Shown: positions 53,801 to 64,000 of the stretch, piece after piece
Position numbering within the stretch: position 1 is the first letter of the stretch
Layout of the letters: each line of letters opens with the position of its first letter
DNA from: Auanema rhodensis
Taxonomy: Eukaryota; Animalia; Nematoda
DNA length: 64,000 nt
NCBI GenBank assembly: GCA_964057225.1
Contig: OZ059898.1
Location: forward strand, 17,980,001-18,044,000
Direction of reading: 5' to 3'
Notes under the pieces: model-generated
Databases searched by the model: none
Told to the model about the DNA's origin: nothing
Seen by the model: the letters and a program-made list of their open reading frames with translations, nothing else
Made by a program: the position numbers and the translations under genes

Positions 53801-56800
53801 AACCTTGACTTTGAAATTTACGTGAACTTTAATTTATGCTAATTAAGTGTACACGTGATGTGCACTTGGTATGTAACTCGCTTCACGTGAAAGATAAAGA
53901 GATGCGGTTTCCAAATTTAGATTTCGCATGTCCATATTAGTCTAAAAACAAATTTTTATTGATATTGGTGCATGGTAACCATGACTTTGAAATTTACGTG
54001 AACTTTAATTTATGCTAATTAAGTGTACACGTGAAGTACACTTGGTATGTAACTCGCTTCACGTGAAAGATAAAGAGATGCGGTTTTCAAAATTAGATTC
54101 CCCATGTCCATATTAGTCTAAAAACAAATTTTTATTGATATTGGTGCATGGTAACCATGACTTTGAAATTTACGTGAACTTTAATTTATGCTAATTAAGT
54201 GTACACGTGAAGTGCACTTGGTATGTAACTCGCTTCACGTGAAAGATAAAGAGATGCGGTTTTCAAAATTAGATTCCCCATGTCCATATTAGTCTAAAAA
54301 CAAATTTTTATCGATATTGGTGCATGGTAACCATGACTTTGAAATTTACGTGAACTTTAATTTATGCTAATTAAGTGTACACATGATGTGCACTCGGTAT
54401 GTAACTCGCTTCACGTGAAAGATAAAGAGATGCGGTTTTCAAAATTAGATTCCGCATGTCCAGATTAGTCTAAAAACAAATTTTTATTGATATTGGTGCA
54501 TGGTAACCATGACTTTGAAATTTACGTGAACTTTAATTCATGCTAATTAAGTGTACACGTGATGTGCACTTGGTATGTAACTCGCTTCACGTGAAAGATA
54601 AAGAGATGCGGTTTTCAAAATTAGATTCCCCATGTTTATATTAGTCTAAAAACAAATTTTTATTGATATTGGTGCATGGCAACCATGACTTCAAAATCTA
54701 CGTGTACTTTAATTTATGCTAATTAAGTGTACACATGATGTGCACTCGGTATGTAACTCGCTTCACGTGAAAGATAAAGAGATGCGGTTTTCAAAATTAG
54801 ATTCCGCATGTCCATGTTAGTCTAAAAACAAATTTTTATTGATATTGGTGCATGGTAACCATGACTTTGAAATTTACGTGAACTTTAATTTATGCTAATT
54901 AAGTGTACACGTGATGTGCACTTGGTATGTAACTCGCTTCACGTGAAAGATGAAGAGATGCGGTTTTCAAAATTAGGTTCCCCATGTCCATATTAGTCTA
55001 AAAACAAATTTTTGTTGATATTGGTGGATGGTAACCATGACTTTCAAATTTACGTGAACTTTAATTTATGCTAATTATGTGTACACATGATGTGCACTTG
55101 GTATGTAACTCGCTTCACGTCAAAGATAAAGAGATGCGGTTTTCAAAATTAGATTTCGCATGTCCATATTAGTCTAAAAACAAATTTTTATTGATATTGG
55201 TGCATGGTAACCATGACTTTGAAATTTACGTGAACTTTAATTTATGCTAATTAAGTGTACACGTGATGTGCACTTGGTATGTAACTCGCTTCACGTGAAA
55301 GATAAAGAGATGCGGTTTTCAAAATTAGATTCCTCATGTCCATATTAGTCTAAAAACGAATTTTTATTGATATTGATGCATGGTAACCATGACTTTGAAA
55401 TTTACGTGAACTTTAATTTATGCTTATTAAGTGTACACGTGATGTGCACTTGGTATGTAACTCGCTTCACGTGAAAGATAAAGGGATGCGGTTTTCAAAA
55501 TTAGATTCCCCATGTCCATATTAGTCTAAAAACAAATTTTTATTGATATTGGTGCATGGTAACCATGACTTTGAAATTTACGTGAACTTTAATTTATGCT
55601 AATTGAGTGTACACGTGATGTGCACTTGGTATGTAACTCGCTTCACGTGAAAGATGAAGAGATGCGGTTTTCAAAATTAGGTTCCCCATGTCCATATTAG
55701 TCTAAAAACAAATTTTTGTTGATATTGGTGGATGGTAACCATGACTTTCAAATTTACGTGAACTTTAATTTATGCTAATTAAGTGTACACATGATGTGCA
55801 CTTGGTATGTAACTCGCTTCACGTCAAAGATAAAGAGATGCGGTTTCCAAAATTAGATTTCGCATGTCCATATTAGTCTAAAAACAAATTTTTATTGATA
55901 TTGGTGCATGGCAACCATGACTTTAAAATTTACGTGTACTTTAATTTATGCTAATTAAGTGTACACATGATGTGCACTTGGTATGTAACTCGCTTCACGA
56001 GAAAGATAAAAAGGTGCGGTTTTCAAATTTAGATTCCTCATGTCCATATTAGTCTAAAAACGAATTTTTATTGATATTGATGCATGGTAACCATGACTTT
56101 GAAATTTACGTGAACTTTAATTTATGCTAATTAAGTGTACACATGATGTGCACTTGGTATGTAACTCGCTTCACGAGAAAGATAAAAAGGTGCGGTTTTC
56201 AAATTTAGATTTCGCGTGTCCATATTAGTCTAAAAACAAATTTTTATTGATATTGGTGCATGGTAACCATGACTTTGAAATTTACGTGAACTTTAATTTA
56301 TGCTAATTAAGTGTACACGTGATGTGCACTTGGTATGTAACTCGCTTCACGTGAAAGATAAAGAGATGCGGTTTTCAAAATTAGATTCCTCATGTCCATA
56401 TTAGTCTAAAAACAAATTTTTATTGATATTGGTGGATGGTAACCATGACTTTCAAATTTACGTGAACTTTAATTTATGCTAATTAAGTGTACACATGATG
56501 TGCACTTGGTATGTAACTCGCTTCACGTCAAAGATAAAGAGATGCGGTTTTCAAAATTAGATTTCGCATGTCCATATTAGTCTAAAAACAAATTTTTATT
56601 GATATTGGTGCATGGTAACCATGACTTTGAAATTTACGTGAACTTTAATTTATGCTAATTAAGTGTACACGTGATGTGCACTTGGTATGTAACTCGCTTC
56701 ACGTGAAAGATAAAGAGATGCGGTTTTCAAAATTAGATTCCTCATGTCCATATTAGTCTAAAAACGAATTTTTATTGATATTGATGCATGGTAACCATGA

Positions 56801-59800
56801 CTTTGAAATTTACGTGAACTTTAATTTATGCTTATTAAGTGTACACGTGATGTGCACTTGGTATGTAACTCGCTTCACGTGAAAGATAAAGGGATGCGGT
56901 TTTCAAAATTAGATTCCCCATGTCCATATTAGTCTAAAAACAAATTTTTATTGATATTGGTGCATGGTAACCATGACTTTGAAATTTACGTGAACTTTAA
57001 TTTATGCTAATTAAGTGTACACGTGATGTGCACTTGGTATGTAACTCGCTTCACGTGAAAGATGAAGAGATGCGGTTTTCAAAATTAGGTTCCCCATGTC
57101 CATATTAGTCTAAAAACAAATTTTTGTTGATATTGGTGGATGGTAACCATGACTTTCAAATTTACGTGAACTTTAATTTATGCTAATTAAGTGTACACGT
57201 GATGTGCACTTGGTATGTAACTCGCTTCACGTGAAAGATAAAGAGATGCGGTTTTCAAAATTAGATTCCCCATGTCCATATTAGTCTAAAAACAAATTTT
57301 TATTGATATTGGTGCATGGCAACCATGACTTTAAAATTTACGTGTACTTTAATTTATGCTAATTAAGTGTACACATGATGTGCACTTGGTATGTAACTCG
57401 CTTCACGAGAAAGATAAAAAGGTGCGGTTTTCAAATTTAGATTTCGCGTGTCCATATTAGTCTAAAAACAAATTTTTATTGATATTGGTGCATGGTAACC
57501 ATGCCTTTGAAATTTACGTGAACTTTAATTTATGCTAATTAAGTGTACACGTGATGTGCACTTGGTATGTAACTCGCTTCACAAGAAAGATGAAGAGATG
57601 CGGTTTTCAAAATTAGATTCCTCATGCCCATATTAGTCTAAAAACAAATTTTTATTGATATTGGTGCATGGCAACCATGACTTTAAAATTTACGTGTACT
57701 TTAATTTATGCTAATTAAGTGTACACATGATGTGCACTTGGTATGTAACTCGCTTCACGTGAAAGATAAAGTGATGCGGTTTTCAAAATTAGATTCCGCA
57801 TGTCCATATTAGTCTAAAAACAAATTTTTATTGATATTGGTGCATGGCAACCATGACTTTAAAATTTACGTGTACTTTAATTTATGCTAATTAAGTGTAC
57901 ACATGATGTGCACTTGGTATGTAACTCGCTTCACGTCAAAGATAAAGAGATGGGGTTTTCAAAATTAGATTCCCCATGTCCATATTAGTCTAAAAACAAA
58001 TTTTTATTAATATTGGTGCATGGTAACCATGACTTTGAAATTTACGTGAACTTTAATTTATGCTTATTAAGTGTACACGTGATGTGCACTTGGTATGTAA
58101 CTCGCTTCACGTGAAAGATAAATGGATGCGGTTTTCAAAATTAGATTCCCCATGCCCATATTAGTCTAAAAACAAATTTTTATTGATATTGGTGCATGGC
58201 AACCATGACTTTAAAATTTACGTGTACTTTAATTTATGCTAATTAAGTGTACACATGATGTGCACTTGGTATGTAACTCGCTTCACGTGAAAGATAAAGA
58301 GATGCGGTTTTCAAAATTAGATTCCTCATGTCCATATTAGTCTAAAAACATATTTTTATTGATATTGGTGCATGGTAACCATGACTTTGAAATTTACGTG
58401 AACTTTAATTTATGCTAATTAAGTGTACACATGATGTGCACTTGGTATGTAACTCGCTTCACGTGAAAGATAAAGAGATGCGGTTTTCAAAATTAGATTC
58501 CGCATGTCCATATTAGTCTAAAAACAAATTTTTATTGATATTGGTGCATGGTAACCATGACTTTGAAATTTACGTGAACTTTAATTTATGCTAATTAAGT
58601 GTACACGTGATGTGCACTTGGAATGTAACTCGCTCCACGTGAAAGATAAAGAGATGCGGTTTTCAAAATTAGATTCCCCATGTCCATATTAGTCTAAAAA
58701 CAAATTTTTATTGATATTGGTGCATGGTAACCATGACTTTGAAATTTACGTGAACTTTAATTTATGCTAATTAAGTGTACACATGATGTGCACTTGGTAT
58801 GTAACTCGCTTCACGAGAAAAATAAAAAGATGCGGTTTTCAAATTTAGATTTCGCGTGTCCATATTAGTCTAAAAACAAATTTTTATTGATATTGGTGCA
58901 TGGTAACCATGACTTTGAAATTTACGTGAACTTTAATTTATGCTAATTAAGTGTACACGTGATGTGCACTTGGTATGTAACTCGCTTCACGTGAAAGATA
59001 AAGAGATGCGGTTTTCAAAATTAGATTCCACATGTTCATATTAGTCTAAAAACGAATTTTTATTGATATTGATGCATGGTAACCATGACTTTAAAATTTA
59101 CGTGAACTTTAATTTATGCTAATTAAGTGTACACATGATGTGCACTTGGTATGTAACTCGCTTCACGTCAAAGATAAAGAGATGCGGTTTACAAAATTAG
59201 ATTCCCCATGTCCATAGTAGTCTAAAAACAAATTTTTATTGATATTGGTGCATGGTAACCATGACTTTGAAATTTACGTGAACTTTAATTTATGCTAATT
59301 AAGTGTACACATGATGTGCACTTGGTATGTAACTCGCTTCACGTGAAAGATAAAGAGATGCGGTTTTCAAAATTAGATTCCGCATGTCCATATTAGTCTA
59401 AAAACAAATTTTTATTGATATTGGTGCATGGTAACCATGACTTTGAAATTTACGTGAACTTTAATTTATGCTAATTAAGTGTACACGTGATGTGCACTTG
59501 GTATGTAACTCGCTTCACGTGAAAGATAAAGAGATGCGGTTTTCAAAATTAGATTCCGCATGTCCATATTAGTCTAAAAACAAATTTTTATTGATATTGG
59601 TGCATGGTAACCATGACTTTGAAATTTACGTGAACTTTAATTTATGTTAATTAAGTGTACACATGATGTGCACTTGGTATGTAACTCGCTTCACGTGAAA
59701 GATAAAGAGATGCGGTTTTCAAAATTAGATTCCGCATGTCCATATTAGTCTAAAAACAAATTTTTATTGATATTGGTGCATGGTAACCATGACTTTGAAA

Positions 59801-62800
59801 TTTACGTGAACTTTAATTTATGCTAATTAAGTGTACACGTGATGTGCACTTGGTATGTAACTCGCTTCACGTGAAAGATAAAGAGATGCGGTTTTCAAAA
59901 TTAGATTCCCCATGTCCATATTAGTCTAAAAACAAATTTTTATTGATATTGGTGCATGGTAACCATGACTTTGAAATTTACGTGAACTTTAATTTATGCT
60001 AATTAAGTGTACACGTGATGTGCACTTGGTATGTAACTCGCTTCACGTGAAAGATAAAGAGATGCGGTTTTCAAAATTAGATTCCCCATGTCCATATTAG
60101 TCTAAAAACAAATTTTTATTTATATTGGTGCATGGCAACCATGACTTTAAAATTTACGTGTACTTTAATTTATGCTAATTAAGTGTACACATGATGTGCA
60201 CTTGGTATGTAACTCGCTTCACGAGAAAGATAAAAAGGTGCGGTTTTCAAATTTAGATTTCGCGTGTCCATATTAGTCTAAAAACAAATTTTTATTGATA
60301 TTGGTGCATGGTAACCATGACTTTGAAATTTACGTGAACTTTAATTTATGCTAATTAAGTGTACACGTGATGTGCACTTGGTATGTAACTCGCTTCACGT
60401 GAAAGATAAAGAGATGCGGTTTTCAAAATTAGATTCCGCATGTCCATATTAGTCTAAAAACAAATTTTTATTGATATTGGTGCATGGTAACCATGACTTT
60501 GAAATTTACGTGAACTTTAATTTATGCTAATTAAGTGTACACGTGATGTGCACTTGGAATGTAACTCGCTTCACGTGAAAGATAAAGAGATGCGGTTTTC
60601 AAATTTAGATTTCGCGTGTCCATATTAGTCTAAAAACAAATTTTTATTGATATTGGTGCATGGTAACCATGACTTTGAAATTTACGTGAACTTTAATTTA
60701 TGCTAATTAAGTGTACACATGATGTGCACTTGGTATGTAACTCGCTTCACGTGAAAGATAAAGAGATGCGGTTTTCAAAATTAGATTCCGCATGTCCATA
60801 TTAGTCTAAAAACAAATTTTTATTGATATTGGTGCATGGTAACCATGACTTTGAAATTTACGTGAACTTTAATTTATGCTAATTAAGTGTACACATGATG
60901 TGCACTTGGTATGTAACTCGCTTCACGAGAAAGATAAAAAGATGCGGTTTTCAAATTTAGATTTCGCGTGTCCATATTAGTCTAAAAACAAATTTTTATT
61001 GATATTGGTGCATGGTAACCATGACTTTGAAATTTACGTGAACTTTAATTTATGCTAATTAAGTGTACACGTGATGTGCACTTGGTATGTAACTCGCTTC
61101 ACGTGAAAGATAAAGAGATGCGGATTTCAAAATTAGATTCCTCATGTTCATATTAGTCTAAAAACGAATTTTTATTGATATTGATGCATGGTAACCATGA
61201 CTTTAAAATTTACGTGAACTTTAATTTATGCTAATTAAGTGTACACGTGATGTGCACTTGGTATGTAACTCGCTTCACATGAAAGATAAAGAGATGCGGT
61301 TTTCAAAATTAGATTCCGCATGTCCATATTAGTCTAAAAACAAATTTTTATTGATATTGGTGCATGGTAACCATGACTTTGAAATTTACGTGAACTTTAA
61401 TTTATGCTAATTAAGTGTACACGTGATGTGCACTTGGTATGTAACTCGCTTCACGTGAAAGATAAAGAGATGCGGTTTTCAAAATTAGATTCCCCATGTC
61501 CATATTAGTCTAAAAACAAATTTTTATTGATATTCGTGCATGGTAACCATGACTTTGAAATTTACGTGAACTTTAATTTATGCTAATTAAGTGTACACAT
61601 GATGTGCACTTGGTATGTAACTCGCTTCACGAGAAAGATAAAAAGATGCGGTTTTCAAATTTCGATTTCGCGTGTCCATATTAGTCTAAAAACAAATTTT
61701 TATTGATATTGGTGCATGGTAACCATGACTTTGAAATTTACGTGAACTTTAATTTATGCTAATTAAGTGTACACGTGATGTGCACTTGGTATGTAACTCG
61801 CTTCACGTGAAAGATAAAGAGATGCGGTTTTCAAAATTAGATTCCTCATGTCCATATTAGTCTAAAAACATATTTTTATTGATATTGGTGCATGGTAACC
61901 ATGACTTTGAAATTTACGTGAATTTTAATTTATGCTAATTAAGTGTACACATGATGTGCACTTGGTATGTAACTCGCTTCACGTGAAAGATAAAGAGATG
62001 CGGTTTTCAAAATTAGATTTCGCATGTCCATATTAGTCTAAAAACAAATTTTTATTGATATTGGTGCATGGCAACCATGACTTTAAAATTTACGTGTACT
62101 TTAATTTATGCTAATTAAGTGTACACATGATGTGCACTTGGTATGTAACTCGCTTCACGTGAAAGATAAAGAGATGCGGTTTTCAAAATTAGATTCCTCA
62201 TGTCCATATTAGTCTAAAAACAAATTTTTATTGATATTGGTGCATTGCAACCATGACTTTGAAATTTACGTGAACTTTAATTTATGCTAATTAAGTGTAC
62301 ACATGATGTGCACTTGGTATGTAACTCGCTTCACGAGAAAGATAAAAAGATGCGGTTTTCAAATTTCGATTTCGCGTGTCCATATTAGTCTAAAAACAAA
62401 TTTTTATTGATATTGGTGCATGGTAACCATGACTTTGAAATTTACGTGAACTTTAATTTATGCTAATTAAGTGTACACGTGATGTGCACTTGGTATGTAA
62501 CTCGCTTCACGTGAAAGATAAAGAGATGCGGTTTTCAAAATTAGATTCCCCATGTCCATATTAGTCGAAAAACATATTTTTATTGATATTGGTGCATGGT
62601 AACCATGACTTTGAAATTTACGTGAATTTTAATTTATGCTAATTAAGTGTACACATGATGTGCACTTGGTATGTAACTCGCTTCACGTGAAAGATAAAGA
62701 GATGCGGTTTTCAAAATTAGATTTCGCATGTCCATATTAGTCTAAAAACAAATTTTTATTGATATTGGTGCATGGCAACCATGACTTTAAAATTTACGTG

Positions 62801-64000
62801 TACTTTAATTTATGCTAATTAAGTGTACACATGATGTGCACTTGGTATGTAACTCGCTTCACGTGAAAGATAAAGAGATGCGGTTTTCAAAATTAGATTC
62901 CTCATGTCCATATTAGTCTAAAAACAAATTTTTATTGATATTGGTGCATTGCAACCATGACTTTTAAATTTACGTGTACTTTAATTTATGCTAATTAAGT
63001 GTACACATGATGTGCACTTGGTATGTAACTCGCTTCACGTGAAAGATAAAGTGATGCGGTTTTCAAAATTAGATTCCGCATGTCCATATTAGTCTAAAAA
63101 CTAATTTTTATTGATATTGGTGCATGGTAACCATGACTTTGAAATTTACGTGAACTTTAATTTATGCTAATTAAGTGTACACGTGATGTGCACTTGGTAT
63201 GTAACTCGCTTCACGTGAAAGATAAAGAGATGCGGTTTTCAAAATTAGATTCCCCATGTCCATATTAGTCTAAAAACAAATTCTTATTGATATTGGTGCA
63301 TGGTAACCATGACTTTGAAATTTACGTGAACTTTAATTTATGCTAATTAAGTGTACACGTGATGTGCACTTGGTATGTAAGTCGCTTCACGTGAAAGATA
63401 AAGAGATGCGGTTTTCAAAATTAGATTCCCCATGTCCATATTAGTCCAAAAACAAATTTTTATTGATATTGGTGCATGGCAACCATGACTTTAAAATTTA
63501 CGTGTACTTTAATTTATGCTAATTAAGTGTACACATGATGTGCACTTGGTATGTAACTCGCTTCACGAGAAAGATAAAAAGGTGCGGTTTTCACATTTAG
63601 ATTTCGCGTGTCCATATTAGTCTAAAAACAAATTTTTATTGATATTGGTGCATGGTAACCATGACTTTGAAATTTACGTGAACTTTAATTTATGCTAATT
63701 AAGTGTACACGTGATGTGCACTTGGTATGTAACTCGCTTCACGTGAAAGATAAAGAGATGCGGTTTTCAAAATTAGATTCCCCATGTCCATATTAGTCCA
63801 AAAACAAATTTTTATTGATATTGGTGCATGGCAACCATGACTTTAAAATTTACGTGTACTTTAATTTATGCTAATTAAGTGTACACATGATGTGCACTTG
63901 GTATGTAACTCGCTTCACGAGAAAGATAAAGTGATGCGGTTTTCAAAATTAGATTCCGCATGTCCATATTAGTCTAAAAACAAATTTTTATTGATATTGG
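47870..64000 (+). repeat. Right sub-domain: more heterogeneous monomers, including the CACGAGAAAGATAAAAAG...AAATTTAGATTTCGCGTG type
   Basis: The T35A/G46A/A63T/A75G monomer class first appears at about 48222 and recurs to the end. Singleton substitutions appear more frequent, and long-range order weaker, after about 57 kb. Confidence 0.8.

Larger units (their letters stand above)
1..64000 (+). repeat. 176-bp AT-rich tandem satellite array, about 363.6 monomers, single orientation; extends beyond both window ends
   Basis: The unit start C(G/A)TGA recurs at 1, 177, 353 and so on, and exactly at every 2640 bp (15x176) up to 42241. After that the phase shifts by -1, -2 and -3 because of three 1-bp deletions. 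Monomers typically differ from the consensus at 0-8 positions. Consensus GC is 58/176. Confidence 0.99.
1..64000. other. Putative centromeric or pericentromeric (heterochromatic) satellite of a eukaryote
   Basis: Inference from the nucleosome-scale monomer (176 bp), AT-richness, high homogeneity, higher-order structure and absence of insertions over 64 kb. Similar-sized monomers are typical of centromeric satellites (171-bp alpha satellite, 178-bp Arabidopsis repeat), but I see no sequence similarity to those. Confidence 0.6.

Noticed and set aside
1-64000. Protein-coding ORF or repeat-protein gene
   Set aside because: 176 is not a multiple of 3. The consensus has stops in all three plus frames (for example 21, 35, 85) and all three minus frames (for example 30, 64, 89), so only very short ORFs exist.
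1-64000. CRISPR array (palindromic repeats at regular spacing)
   Set aside because: There are no unique spacers; the entire 176 bp is repeated. No leader or cas genes are present.
1-64000. Transposon insertion, inversion or unique-sequence island within the array
   Set aside because: Phase and orientation are continuous across the window. The total shift is only 3 bp and is explained by three 1-bp deletions.

Overview
The whole 64-kb window is one uninterrupted, head-to-tail array of a 176-bp AT-rich satellite (about 33% GC, about 363.6 monomers, all in the same orientation). Consensus in the phase starting at base 1: CGTGATGTGCACTTGGTATGTAACTCGCTTCACGTGAAAGATAAAGAGATGCGGTTTTCAAAATTAGATTCCCCATGTCCATATTAGTCTAAAAACAAATTTTTATTGATATTGGTGCATGGTAACCATGACTTTGAAATTTACGTGAACTTTAATTTATGCTAATTAAGTGTACA. 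I found no genes, RNA genes, transposon insertions or CRISPR spacers; each monomer has stop codons in all six frames. Monomer size and homogeneity fit a eukaryotic centromeric or heterochromatic satellite, but I cannot name the species or family. The interesting structure is internal. (1) The monomer is a degenerate palindrome with two dyad axes. (2) It carries three ACGTGA cores 33 and 32 bp apart, and clustered E-boxes. (3) Monomer variants form a variable higher-order repeat (about 19-mer template) in the core. (4) Many nested block duplications of 2-26 monomers are visible, some with resolvable breakpoints. (5) The array is layered, with the two ends sharing older-looking variants. (6) Only one indel allele was seen, present in three copies. 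No novel protein-coding system is present. All counts were made by eye and need confirmation by alignment.
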